The translations under genes and the position numbers were made by a program. From the NCBI GenBank assembly GCA_963825005.1, contig CAWGRP010000004.1:1-32000 (forward strand): a stretch of 32,000 nucleotides of DNA, read 5' to 3'. Source of the DNA: an uncultured delta proteobacterium (lineage in GTDB: Bacteria > Desulfobacterota > Syntrophorhabdia > Syntrophorhabdales > WCHB1-27). The notes beneath the pieces were generated by a model that had not been told where the DNA came from, did not search any database, and worked only from the letters and a program-made list of their open reading frames with translations. Each line of letters begins with the position of its first letter. Position 1 is the stretch's first letter. Below are positions 17,919 to 27,615 of this stretch, piece after piece.

Positions 17919-20789
17919 TCACTTCAACCGCCATACTTCCCTGTATGCCAGCCTCTTAAGCAGCGTCTTGCGCAGGAAGTGTTCGGTGGTGCCGTTGACG
18001 CCGACCATCACGTCAACATTGTTTCGCGGATACTCCGCAAGGTTGGGTGTCCGCTTGCCCGCCTTATCTTCTATGTGCCAGGCCTGGATACGCTCGCCGT
18101 CGAAGTCATCGATGACGATCTTGAAATATCCTTCCGGGCCGGTATAGGTTCTGTTCTTCGCATCGAGGATAATCGGTTCGGGATTGTCGAGAATAAACTC
18201 ATTCAGCATGTAGCAGTGGCCGCAAACATCGGGCCGCATCACGTAGCGCGGATCATCAGCCCACGGCTTATCACGCTCAAGTTTCTGCACACCCGTCCAC
18301 GCATAGAGCGTCACCGTACCGCCCGCGAAATCACACGGAAGGTCAAGCTCTACATGGACGTCCTTGTACTGCATCATCACCTTCTGCTGGGACGGGCTGT
18401 ATTGAGGCAGCGTGTCGTAAACTTTCTGGTCAACGGGACCCAGTTGCTTGTCGGCCACCGTCTTTCCTTCACCGTCGATCAGAAGGAGACGCGCCGTCTT
18501 CCGGCCCGCATCGACACTTGCGACCCTGAGCTTGTAGTCGCCGAGCGCAGTCTCTTGCCCGGCTTTCAGCTCTATCTTCTCCGGTTCTTCATACGAGATG
18601 GTAAACGAGTCCATACCCGGACTGCCCATCTCCGCTATCTCCACAACGTCGGGACTCACCCACCGGGGGATCACGTAAGTCGCCCCCTCGGCGTAGACGT
18701 CGGGCAAAGAGTACTTCTGGCTCGCAAACGACTTATCGCCGTAGATCGGCTCATACTCTGAAAGTCCCGGCCCCAGGAGAATGTCGGCCCCGAATGCATT
18801 GCCGGAGTACTTGATGATGCGCATGGTTGCAACAGGCCTTCCCCAGAGCCATCGCGAGCCAAGAAAGCGGACCGCCTTACTCCCATCCCCAAGGGGAATA
18901 TCCTGCCAGAACAGGGGATTCCCGTCCCCCATCGGGAGCAGCTTCCAATAATCAATAGCCGCATGCTTTCTGACGACGAGGTAACTTTCCGTGCTCAGCA
19001 GATACGCCCTTTTCCCGAGGATGTATAAGGATTCGCCTGCAAGAGGCCGGACGTTCCTGTCGAGGCGCGACGTGTAGTACAAGCCGGCGGGAGGTATGAT
19101 GATCTTTCCCTTGTGATAGTCAACGTAGCTGCCCCGTATGACGAGGGCCTCCGCGGAGGTCAGCTTTTCTCCCTTGCGGTTCTCCACGAATTTACGCACA
19201 AGACCTCTTAGCTTGGGAACGAACGCGCAGTCCGGGTCGGGCGCGAACCACTTGGCCGACGCGATCGCGGGTGGATACGAAGTGAACTTCGATTTGACCA
19301 CCGGCACCCCGTACGTGGGGTCCGCAAGCCGTGTCAGAAATGTATCCTCCATCACCGATACAACAAGCTCACTCATACCGATAAAGAAGTCTGCGTTCTC
19401 TCTCCCTTCTTTCCACAGGATAAGGTTGTCGGTGCGTCTGAAGAACGCATCCCGCACATATGAGTTCTTCACCACATCGCTTTCGATCTTTCCAGCCACT
19501 ACCTTGAAATAGGGCCTGTCCCAGAAATCGGAGATCTTGATCGGCCCTGCGTAAGTCTCTTTATCGTTGGTCAGCTCGAACGCATCCTTGTTTTCCAGCA
19601 CCACGCGCTTCAACATACCGGTCATGGAATCGGGCTCGAGCCGGACCAGGTATCGTTTGTCCCTCGGCCAGGGCTCTCCGTCCTTCAGCTTCACGAGGTT
19701 GTGATAAATCATGAAAGAGACGGTACCGTTTGTCCAGCCCAGCGGCACGTCGTTTGCCCATGGCGCAAAATCAGAACCCTTGTACCAGGAGGGATCGACC
19801 ACGAGCTCTATGTGCAAATCAAGGTCGAAATCGGTGAGCGACATTCGCTCCTGGTCAGTCACCTTGTACTCCTGCTGCGTCACCGGCACGAGAAGCTTGG
19901 ATGCCAGCACCTTTTGGCCTGTCCAGTTGCGTACCTCCACCAGAATCCCGTTCTCCTTACGGAATGCATAAATTCTCTTGCTCCACCACCAGCGGTAGCT
20001 CTCCTGCCGGACCCCAACCACATACGGCCTGTCCAGCGAGAAGACCGCCTCCTTGATAACCGGATACTTCACCTCCGAGAAGAGCGCATCCTCATGTGTC
20101 ATCTTTTTTGTGGTCAGTCTCGTCGCCCCGTACTGGTATGAACTGGTGAGAAAGAAAGGTTCCTGCTGAGGGTTGACGCCTTCTTTCAAGTTCAGGTCCC
20201 GTGCCTTTGCCGGCTCAGGAAAAGAAGAAGAGACCGGCATTTCAGTCTGCCACCCGCCCGAGGGCGCGATCACGGCAAGCTCTCCGTAGGGCTTCCCGTA
20301 ATGATCCGTCGCGTAGTCGAACCAGAGGCGATATCCTGAATCATCGAGGAGGACCTTTCCCCTCTTCTTGACCGCAACGTCCGTCTTCGTTACCTGGGCA
20401 GTTCTGAGCGACAACAAGTAAGAGGTCTCTCCGAGAATCAGGAAGGGATCCCTTCGCAGAGGCTTCGCGTCCTGTGACGTGGACGACGCGTAGAAGAGGC
20501 CGCCGGCCGGAACAGAGACCTTGCTGTCTTTCACCTGGCTACCCCTGAGCACCACGCACTCCGCAAGCTCCTTTTCCTGGCCGTAATGATTCCTATGGGT
20601 CGTGTTGAGGAGGCCTCCGAGTTTGGGGATGTACGTCGCATCGTCAGCCGGGGGAAGGCCGTGTGGAGACTCTGTGCCCCATGCGTTGCCTCCCGCAAGG
20701 AGACCAATGATGAGTACCGCGGGAATAAGCAGGAGCGGGAGTATCCCTCGGTCGTACCGTTTAAGCAAACAAGCGATAAGGCTCAGCAT
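17919..20789 (-). CDS. 956-aa predicted secreted protein with an internal duplication; no family recognised (possible S-layer-like C-terminal region)
   Basis: N-terminal hydrophobic signal ILPLLLIPAVLIIGLLAGGNAWG. Repeat A: IPKLGGLL...ECVVLRGSQVKDSKVSVPAGGLFYASS...PLRRDPFLILGETSYLLS. Repeat B: VPKLRGLV...EALVIRGSYVDYHKGKIIIPPAGLYYTSR...PLAGESLYILGKRAYLLS. Confidence 0.8.
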   Translation of the reverse strand: MLSLIACLLKRYDRGILPLLLIPAVLIIGLLAGGNAWGTESPHGLPPADDATYIPKLGGLLNTTHRNHYGQEKELAECVVLRGSQVKDSKVSVPAGGLFYASSTSQDAKPLRRDPFLILGETSYLLSLRTAQVTKTDVAVKKRGKVLLDDSGYRLWFDYATDHYGKPYGELAVIAPSGGWQTEMPVSSSFPEPAKARDLNLKEGVNPQQEPFFLTSSYQYGATRLTTKKMTHEDALFSEVKYPVIKEAVFSLDRPYVVGVRQESYRWWWSKRIYAFRKENGILVEVRNWTGQKVLASKLLVPVTQQEYKVTDQERMSLTDFDLDLHIELVVDPSWYKGSDFAPWANDVPLGWTNGTVSFMIYHNLVKLKDGEPWPRDKRYLVRLEPDSMTGMLKRVVLENKDAFELTNDKETYAGPIKISDFWDRPYFKVVAGKIESDVVKNSYVRDAFFRRTDNLILWKEGRENADFFIGMSELVVSVMEDTFLTRLADPTYGVPVVKSKFTSYPPAIASAKWFAPDPDCAFVPKLRGLVRKFVENRKGEKLTSAEALVIRGSYVDYHKGKIIIPPAGLYYTSRLDRNVRPLAGESLYILGKRAYLLSTESYLVVRKHAAIDYWKLLPMGDGNPLFWQDIPLGDGSKAVRFLGSRWLWGRPVATMRIIKYSGNAFGADILLGPGLSEYEPIYGDKSFASQKYSLPDVYAEGATYVIPRWVSPDVVEIAEMGSPGMDSFTISYEEPEKIELKAGQETALGDYKLRVASVDAGRKTARLLLIDGEGKTVADKQLGPVDQKVYDTLPQYSPSQQKVMMQYKDVHVELDLPCDFAGGTVTLYAWTGVQKLERDKPWADDPRYVMRPDVCGHCYMLNEFILDNPEPIILDAKNRTYTGPEGYFKIVIDDFDGERIQAWHIEDKAGKRTPNLAEYPRNNVDVMVGVNGTTEHFLRKTLLKRLAYREVWRLK

Positions 20790-21112
20790 GTACAGTCCTT
20801 CCCTCCAATGCCTTCCAAAATAAAGAACGGCTTGATTTTCTTGAGCAGCGTCCGGTCCATGCCCGGCACCTGCAGCAACTCCTCGACCGTCTGAAAATCG
20901 CCGTTGTCTTTGCGGTACTTTACAATATTCTTTGCGAGTTCCGGTGTCATCAGGGGCACATTCTTCGTCAGATCGTCGGCGCTTGCCTTGTTGATGTTGA
21001 CAGTCTTTCCTTTAAGTTTCTCCTCCGCCGCCCAGGCGCTGATCGAAAGCACGAGAAAAAGACCGGCCAGCACCAAAACGAAAGCTACTCTCTTCTTTGT
21101 CATGACAGCCAT
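20783..21112 (-). CDS. Secreted ComEA-like helix-hairpin-helix protein (copy 3)
   Basis: Signal peptide KKRVAFVLVLAGLFLVLSISAWA then VNINKASADDLTKNVPLMTPELAKNIVKYRKDNGDFQTVEELLQVPGMDRTLLKKI; stop overlaps the 956-aa gene start. Confidence 0.88.
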   Translation of the reverse strand: MAVMTKKRVAFVLVLAGLFLVLSISAWAAEEKLKGKTVNINKASADDLTKNVPLMTPELAKNIVKYRKDNGDFQTVEELLQVPGMDRTLLKKIKPFFILEGIGGKDCTC

Positions 21113-21118
21113 CCTCCT

Positions 21119-22040
21119 TTACCACGTCCTCTGCAGTAGTACATATGCCGCGTTGTTTACATGCGCTTGGCCCGCGAATATCAGGACCAGCCGCAAGAGA
21201 AAGCCGCCCACCAGTAGCGCATAGAGGGCGACTGAAAATCGCATTCGATTTATAGCTCCTTTTCTCAAGACAAGAGCCATCAGGAACCAGCATGCCTAAA
21301 CCGAGGACGCCCGCCCACCATACCACGCCGTTCCCGCCTGTCACGAGATGGAGAAGGTCGCCACGCGATGGGCTGAAAAATGAAAACAATAGAAAGAGCA
21401 AGGTGAAGAGCAGATGAACAGGCAGCAATATCCGATAGCCCGATCGGAGCCAGAGCATAGGCTGCTCCATTGCCTCGGCAGGAGCAGCGCGGAGCGCTAT
21501 CACGCCGCCTGCCGCGAACCCCGTTGTCATCGCCGAGAAGCAGAAGAGGCCGGGTAGGGCCACATTTCTCCAAAGCGGAAGCGCCGAGGCGGAAAGGAGG
21601 ACGCCGGTATAGACGGATACCGCCAGGGCGACCGGCATCCCCGCAACTCCCAGTGCGCTGCGATAACTCTTCTTTCGCCATACGCTCCACCCCCCGATCA
21701 TTGGCAGACGAGCTTTCTGCGGTTCGGGGAGCCAGAAGAGTGCGTGTACAATGGAGATGGCGCCAAACAGGCTGAGGAGCCAAACGCCGAATGACATGGG
21801 AGAATCGGCGTTGAAGACGCGTAACGTGAACCAGAAGCGTGTCTTGTACATCAAGTCGAGAATGAGCATGGCGAGGCCGAAGGCGACTGAAAGCGGCGCA
21901 AGAAAGGCCGCGCTTCGAGAGCATACCTCGAATCCCTGCCCCTTCTTCCTGCTCGCCAGGACAGCGAGACAGAAGCTGCCGGCCCCCAGGCCCGCGAAGA
22001 AGAGGTCGAGCGCTACAGGAAGACCCCATGTCTCAACCAT
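21119..22040 (-). CDS. NrfD/PsrC-like integral membrane quinol-interacting subunit, frameshifted near 21270
   Basis: MVETWGLPVALDLFFAGLGAGSFCLAVLAS..., multiple TMs. After one base is removed near 21270 the frame reads LVLRKGAINRMRFSVALYALLVGGFLLRLVLIFAGQAHVNNAAYVLLQRTW* and ends at 21119. Confidence 0.85.
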
Positions 22041-22692
22041 CTGTTCCCTCCTCGGGGCCAAGCCTCTTCCAGAGCCATGCGAGCACGAGTGCTCCTGGAA
22101 TGAGACCGCCAAGCCACTTCCACGGCTGAAACGCGCGTACCGTATTGAGTGGCACGGGCTCAGGCAGTTGATAATCTCCGGGCGCGCCCTGAAGAGCATA
22201 GATCATATGGAGCCGTTCCTTTCTGCCGTAGGCAGGCGCATCCGGCCCTTTCCCATCGGGGTAGTAGGTGAGAGCATCGGTAGGGCACTTTGCGACACAG
22301 GCCGGCTCCTTACCCACGTCGATGCGCTGAATGCAGAAGCTGCACTTTCTCATTGTATGCTGGCTCGGGCTTTTTTTTGGAACCTGAAACGGGCAGGACT
22401 CTATGCAGTACCCGCAGCCGATGCATTTCGTTCTCAGGTGCTCCACGACGCTGTCATCCCTGCGGCGCAGGGCTCCGGCCGGGCATGCCGACACGCAGGA
22501 CGGGTCGTTGCAGTGAAAACAGGCGGTGGATGCAGACCATTCCTGCGCCTCGGGAAGATGGCCCGTCACGTGGCTCTTCACCCAGCGGAGTTGAATGCCG
22601 GGAGGGGCATCGTTTTCCAGTTGGCAGCCCACCTCGCAGGAGTGGCACCGGATGCACTTCTTTCCATCAAATAAAATCAGCCGCTCAGTCAT
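22033..22692 (-). CDS. 4Fe-4S ferredoxin-type electron transfer subunit with C-terminal TM anchor (PsrB/FdhB-like)
   Basis: CIRCHSCEVGCQ, CFHCNDPSCVSACPAGAL, CIGCGYCIESCPFQVP, CSFCIQRIDVGKEPACVAKCPTDAL; C-terminal WLGGLIPGALVLAWLWKR. Confidence 0.92.
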   Translation of the reverse strand: MTERLILFDGKKCIRCHSCEVGCQLENDAPPGIQLRWVKSHVTGHLPEAQEWSASTACFHCNDPSCVSACPAGALRRRDDSVVEHLRTKCIGCGYCIESCPFQVPKKSPSQHTMRKCSFCIQRIDVGKEPACVAKCPTDALTYYPDGKGPDAPAYGRKERLHMIYALQGAPGDYQLPEPVPLNTVRAFQPWKWLGGLIPGALVLAWLWKRLGPEEGTDG

Positions 22693-22764
22693 AGCTTGCT
22701 CAGTGTTTGGTGTTCAGCGTTCAGTCAACTGTTCACCGATTACCCTGATCGCTGTTCACGTTCT

Positions 22765-24918
22765 TCACGCTTTCACCAGCCTGCAACCGAATCCGTTGAA
22801 CTGGGCTGATACCTTGTCCCAGTTGGAAGGGATGATCGTGTTGATTGAAGTGCCCGCGTTTCCCGCAAAAGGGCTCGCCTTGGCCGGATGAGAAGGTGTC
22901 CAGACGAGTCCAGGCAGAATCATCTCACTCAGGGCAATCCTGACTTTGATCTTTCCCAATTCGGTTTCAAGATGGGCCCACTCGCCATCCTTCAGGCCCA
23001 GGCTTTTGACGGTATCAGGATGCACCTGCACGTAATTTCCTTTTGAAAACTGCGCCATGTATGCCGACCAGTTGGTGTAGGTGTGCTGCCAGTGCTGCAC
23101 CACTTTGCCCTGGAGGAAGATGAGAGGAAACGGCTTCGACTCTCCCGCATCCCCAAGCGGGCTCCCTTCCGGCTCCGACCACGCAATGGGTCCCAGCGCC
23201 GGGGAGCGAAGCTCCACTTTTCCATCTTCCGTGAGAAAGCGGTCATTCGGATAAAGCGTACCGTGCGTGCCAGGATGAGCCTCCGATGGACAGGGCCAGC
23301 TGATCCCGGTCGGCTCTTTCTTCAAACGCTCCAGTGTCAACCCGGACCAGGTCGGGGAGTGTTTCCTCACCATTTCAAAAATATCTTCTGGACTCTTCAG
23401 ATCCGGAAATTTTTCTCCGTTGATCTTTTTGCCGAGGTCAGCGTAAAAGCGCCAGTCTTCTGTCGTCTCTCCCGGGATGGGCACAGCCTGGTTGCGCCAG
23501 ACAATCTGTCGCTGCGCCCCGTACTGGGAACCTGAACTCTCGAACGGCATGGTGCCGGGGATAATGAGATGAGCGAGAGACGCCTCGTCGTCCATGAAGA
23601 AACCCCGGTAAACAACGAGGTCCACATTGCCGATCGCCTTTCGTACCCGGTTGGCATCGGGATAACGGCGGTAGCTGGAGTTCAAAAGCAGCACGTTCAC
23701 CCGTTTCTGTTCCATGGCAAAGAGAACTTTACGGAAACTGAGCGCGGCCGGCATGTCCTGGGCCCGGAAAGAATCCTCGAACGCTTCGATGCCTCCCGGT
23801 TTGCCGCCCTGGACATTCATGATCCCCTTTCCGGGACCGCTCAGATTGGCCGTCAGCGCCTGCAGGGCAATGATCGCACGCGCGCTCTGGATCGAATTGG
23901 TGTAGCGCGATATGGAGCCGCCGAGCCAAACCATCGTCTTCTTACTTGCGGCCAGGCGTGTGGCCAGTTCCACCACCTTCTCGGCCGGTATCCACGTGAT
24001 CTTCGCCACCATCTCCGGCGTGTAAAGCTCGGTTGCTTCAGCGAGTTCCTTGAACCCATTCACGTGTTGGGCAACGTAATTACGGTCATGCATGTTCTCT
24101 CTTATCATGAAGCGGATCAGTCCGAGCGCGAGAGCGCCATCGGTGCCCGGCCGCCCCATGAGCTGCTCGTCGCAGTGATTGCTGGTCGGTGTCCTGCGCG
24201 GATCCAGATAGATCACACGGACACCCTTGGCCCGGGCCTGATCGATCCAGCGTATGTAAGGCGGATACATCTCAGCAATATTTGCCCCGAACAGGACAAG
24301 CACTTCCGTATTCATCGCTTCGTCAAGCGTGGTTGTGGAAACAGGACTGCCGAGGCAGATGCGCAAGGCCGTCGCCGAACTCCCTATGCAGGTGTCTCCC
24401 GGCGAGCATATATCAGGGAACCCTGCTGCCCACAGTGCCATCTCCGCGGCGATCTCGCTCTCGTGTGATTCCCAGAGAGGCGCAAAGAGCGTTACCCGGT
24501 GCGCGTAGTCATCGGGGAATTCTTCCTTCACCTTTATGACCCGCTCTGCCACGGTATTGAGCGCTTCTGCGTAGGAGATACGCTTCCAGTTTGTCCCCTC
24601 GCGTTTCAGTGGATAAAGGATCCGGTGAGGACTGTAGGTGAGCTCCACCAGCGCCTGTCCCTTGGGGCACATCGTCCCGTCGGTCCAGGTATTGCCCGGG
24701 TTGCCATACGCGTTGACGACCCGGTCATTCCTGACCTGCACAAGCGTGGTACATCGCACCTGACAGAACTGGCAGCAGCTCATCACCTCGCGGTCGATCT
24801 GCGCCGGCGGCTCTGCGGCTGCCCCCGTCGTTATGCCGGGCGCGCTGAGAGCACCGGCTGCCAGTGCGCCGGCCTTCAGGAAATTCCGGCGGGTGATGCT
24901 CATCTGCCGTTTTTTCAT
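22765..24918 (-). CDS. Molybdopterin oxidoreductase catalytic subunit (Psr/Phs-like), Tat-exported
   Basis: SITRRNFLKAGALAAGALSA Tat signal; CCQFCQVRCTTLVQVRNDRVVNAYGNPGNTWTDGTMCPKGQA [4Fe-4S] motif; GDTCIGSS candidate Mo-ligand Cys region; intact ORF of 717 aa. Confidence 0.93.
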   Translation of the reverse strand: MKKRQMSITRRNFLKAGALAAGALSAPGITTGAAAEPPAQIDREVMSCCQFCQVRCTTLVQVRNDRVVNAYGNPGNTWTDGTMCPKGQALVELTYSPHRILYPLKREGTNWKRISYAEALNTVAERVIKVKEEFPDDYAHRVTLFAPLWESHESEIAAEMALWAAGFPDICSPGDTCIGSSATALRICLGSPVSTTTLDEAMNTEVLVLFGANIAEMYPPYIRWIDQARAKGVRVIYLDPRRTPTSNHCDEQLMGRPGTDGALALGLIRFMIRENMHDRNYVAQHVNGFKELAEATELYTPEMVAKITWIPAEKVVELATRLAASKKTMVWLGGSISRYTNSIQSARAIIALQALTANLSGPGKGIMNVQGGKPGGIEAFEDSFRAQDMPAALSFRKVLFAMEQKRVNVLLLNSSYRRYPDANRVRKAIGNVDLVVYRGFFMDDEASLAHLIIPGTMPFESSGSQYGAQRQIVWRNQAVPIPGETTEDWRFYADLGKKINGEKFPDLKSPEDIFEMVRKHSPTWSGLTLERLKKEPTGISWPCPSEAHPGTHGTLYPNDRFLTEDGKVELRSPALGPIAWSEPEGSPLGDAGESKPFPLIFLQGKVVQHWQHTYTNWSAYMAQFSKGNYVQVHPDTVKSLGLKDGEWAHLETELGKIKVRIALSEMILPGLVWTPSHPAKASPFAGNAGTSINTIIPSNWDKVSAQFNGFGCRLVKA

Positions 24919-24952
24919 GATCTACAGCCCTGACTCCAAATCGACACTCCCC

Positions 24953-27061
24953 CTATGCCTTCTTCGCGTGCGGAGAATCGGGCTCAAAAAGTTCATACAT
25001 GATGCGGCCTTCAAAATTGGGCGGCGGCACCAGGCCGTACATATGCATAATGGTGGGCATCACGTTCATCATGTGGCCACCCTTCGAAACATCGTTGTTC
25101 TTTTTTATGCCGGGACCAACCGCTATGAACGAGGTAAGCGCGTTGCCATGGTACCCGGTAAAATGTCTGCGCGGATTGTCCCATATCTGTCCGTCACGGC
25201 CGAAAGCGCCAAAATTAATCTGGTAAAGTCCGTCATTCTTCTTGCCCGGCACCTTGATTCCCGATGCATCACGAAAGCCGCAGAACTGCACGTCACCGGC
25301 ATACCAGCCGTAATCGCCCTTGTATATATTCTCAACCCGGTCTGCAATCTGTGTGTACTGCTGTCCTTCAGGGTCTTTGAGCTTCTTCAATTCGGCGATG
25401 ATTAAGTCGCGCAGCTTTTCATACTCGTTGTACTCCACGATGCCGTTCGGTTCGCGCCCCTTGAGGTTGATGAATATGCCCGGGTTCCAGGAAGTGTATG
25501 CCTTGGTCCTTGACCAGTCGATGTCATCGTTATCATACGTCCGCTTCTTGCCCTCCACCTCAGGCTTGACGTTGAGGAGCCCCAGTTTCATCAGCCATGA
25601 ATTGGGCTCGAAGTCCTTCTTCGTCGGTCCCCATGCGTGATCGGATATCATCATGAAGCACGTATCTTTGGGTAGTTCTTTCAGTATCCTTGCCAGCTCC
25701 TTGTCAACGTATTGTGTGAATTCCAGCATCAGCTTGCCGTTGCCGTATTTCTCTTCGTACTCCTCCGACCAGTCGGGATTGCCTTCAATGCGGGTCATGT
25801 TGTGGTTGAGGCGGTCATACGGCATATTGGAGAACCAGAAGAAGTCCCACGGCTTATTCTTCATCAGCCAAAGCACAATGTTATTCTGTTCGCGAGTTGC
25901 ATCGTAGCAGTCCTCGATTAGCGTCTCCTCTTCCTGGACGTAAGCGATAAACGCCGTATAATCGTATTCGAAAGGTACGTTCGGTGTCCGATAGTAGCCC
26001 ACCGCATCATATACCTCCTTCTGGAGTGAGGGCGGGTAGGTCCACCGATCGGTCGGCACGACAGGCCCGTCGAAGAACTGGTCAATCGGCTCGTGCCGTT
26101 CCGGCGCCGTGGGGTCTTGCAGAAGACGGTAACGATACAACTGCAGGGCGCCATCATCCGTATTAATCAGCTCCGGCTTCCAGCGGACGATAGCCCGCCT
26201 CCCATTCGGAAATTCAATGGGGACATACTTTGACCACTCACCCTCTTTCAGGGTCAGCTTGAGATCGCTGTATGCGATGGTTACCGTGTTGCCGGGATTG
26301 AGCGTTAGTTCAAGGGGAACTTGCTGGTCCTTACGGCGGATCGCGGTGGACACCTTACCACCCGAGAAAGTCACCTTGGTTTTCAAGGGGCCTGCGGCTC
26401 TGTGTTTCTCCTGGGTGTAATAGACGTGACCCATGTTGAATGGCTGATCGCCCAACCCTGGCGCGCCCTTGCCGGACAGCATGAAGCCATCCTTCAGCCG
26501 TTCCGGTGGCCAGGACATTGCCGTGCCGCAGAGGCCGACTTTCACGCCTCCCTCAGCCAGCATGAAAGGCACAGTTGGGGCGTGCAACCTGAAGAACCGG
26601 TTGATGCCCGAAGTCTGGAAGGCAGTCCGGTCATAGATCTGCCACGGATGCGATCCGAAGAAATTATTCTGGCCCGGACCTACTCCTGTATTGTAGGCAG
26701 CCCATGCGTCGACAGACATGCCGCGGAAAATATTTTCGAACTCCCCGTAACTGCCTTGCGTCAAGAGCTTCTTGAACGTGGGGAGTTTGCCCTGTTTAGA
26801 CCATTCAATTATTTTTTCCATGCTGCATGAGTCAAGGCCCATCAGCAGAATTTTCGGCTTCTTACCGGCCTTCGATCCCTTGCCCGTTCTCTCCTTGGCC
26901 GGGGCAGCACTCGACGCCTTTGCCGCGAGTCCGGCCACTGCGGTTCCCAGAATGCCGCCGGCCAGTTTTTTTAACGCACTGCGCCGGGACAGACCTTTAT
27001 TTTCGTCTATCGTGCTGTCATCCGCGCTATCATCGATGTTGTCATTGATGGTATCATCCAT
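24953..27061 (-). CDS. Tat-exported type I phosphodiesterase/nucleotide pyrophosphatase-family protein
   Basis: LSRRSALKKLAGGILGTAVAGLAAKASSA Tat-type signal; KILLMGLDSCSMEKIIEWSKQGKLPTFKKL; CFMMISDHAWGPTKKDFEPNSWL; GYHGNALTSFIAVGPGIKK. Confidence 0.88.
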   Translation of the reverse strand: MDDTINDNIDDSADDSTIDENKGLSRRSALKKLAGGILGTAVAGLAAKASSAAPAKERTGKGSKAGKKPKILLMGLDSCSMEKIIEWSKQGKLPTFKKLLTQGSYGEFENIFRGMSVDAWAAYNTGVGPGQNNFFGSHPWQIYDRTAFQTSGINRFFRLHAPTVPFMLAEGGVKVGLCGTAMSWPPERLKDGFMLSGKGAPGLGDQPFNMGHVYYTQEKHRAAGPLKTKVTFSGGKVSTAIRRKDQQVPLELTLNPGNTVTIAYSDLKLTLKEGEWSKYVPIEFPNGRRAIVRWKPELINTDDGALQLYRYRLLQDPTAPERHEPIDQFFDGPVVPTDRWTYPPSLQKEVYDAVGYYRTPNVPFEYDYTAFIAYVQEEETLIEDCYDATREQNNIVLWLMKNKPWDFFWFSNMPYDRLNHNMTRIEGNPDWSEEYEEKYGNGKLMLEFTQYVDKELARILKELPKDTCFMMISDHAWGPTKKDFEPNSWLMKLGLLNVKPEVEGKKRTYDNDDIDWSRTKAYTSWNPGIFINLKGREPNGIVEYNEYEKLRDLIIAELKKLKDPEGQQYTQIADRVENIYKGDYGWYAGDVQFCGFRDASGIKVPGKKNDGLYQINFGAFGRDGQIWDNPRRHFTGYHGNALTSFIAVGPGIKKNNDVSKGGHMMNVMPTIMHMYGLVPPPNFEGRIMYELFEPDSPHAKKA

Positions 27062-27141
27062 ACTACGCCCTCCTTATATGAGAAGCCCCGTGGGCTGATG
27101 TTCAATATTGGACCGGCTGGACTGTGACAAAACTGTACCTG

Positions 27142-27504
27142 CTAGCACTTGGACGGTTTGAGACTCGGCTCATCATCGTCGTCCCCATCACTCTTGGCTG
27201 GGGGCAGAAGTATGTCTCCCTTTGAATCAACCTGCAGCGACATCTTCTTGAGAATCTCCTGCGTCATGCCAGGCACCTTCAAGAGGTCATCAGTTTTTTT
27301 GAAGGCGCCGTTCTTGGTGCGGTAATCGACGATCGCCTTGGCGAGGACCGCCGTGACTCCGGGAACCTTGGCGAGCCGAGTCGCACTCGCTTTGTTCAGG
27401 CTCGTCTTTCCTCCTGCTTGAGCTTCCGCCGTAGCGGTATATCCCATCAGGAACAGGGCCGCCACCAGGATAAGTGCCAACAGACGATATGTTCTCGTAG
27501 GCAT
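27142..27504 (-). CDS. Secreted ComEA-like helix-hairpin-helix protein (copy 2)
   Basis: Signal peptide, then TSLNKASATRLAKVPGVTAVLAKAIVDYRTKNGAFKKTDDLLKVPGMTQEILKKM; acidic DGDDDDEP tail. Confidence 0.9.
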   Translation of the reverse strand: MPTRTYRLLALILVAALFLMGYTATAEAQAGGKTSLNKASATRLAKVPGVTAVLAKAIVDYRTKNGAFKKTDDLLKVPGMTQEILKKMSLQVDSKGDILLPPAKSDGDDDDEPSLKPSKC

Positions 27505-27615
27505 CTTTTCTCCTCCTTCTTAATCGTGATGGCGCACGGCGGGCAACAGGTCCTCATCCGCCATGTGCCGTCACACGCATTTCATACACGCCTATAGTCC
27601 ATCAGTTTATCTTCA

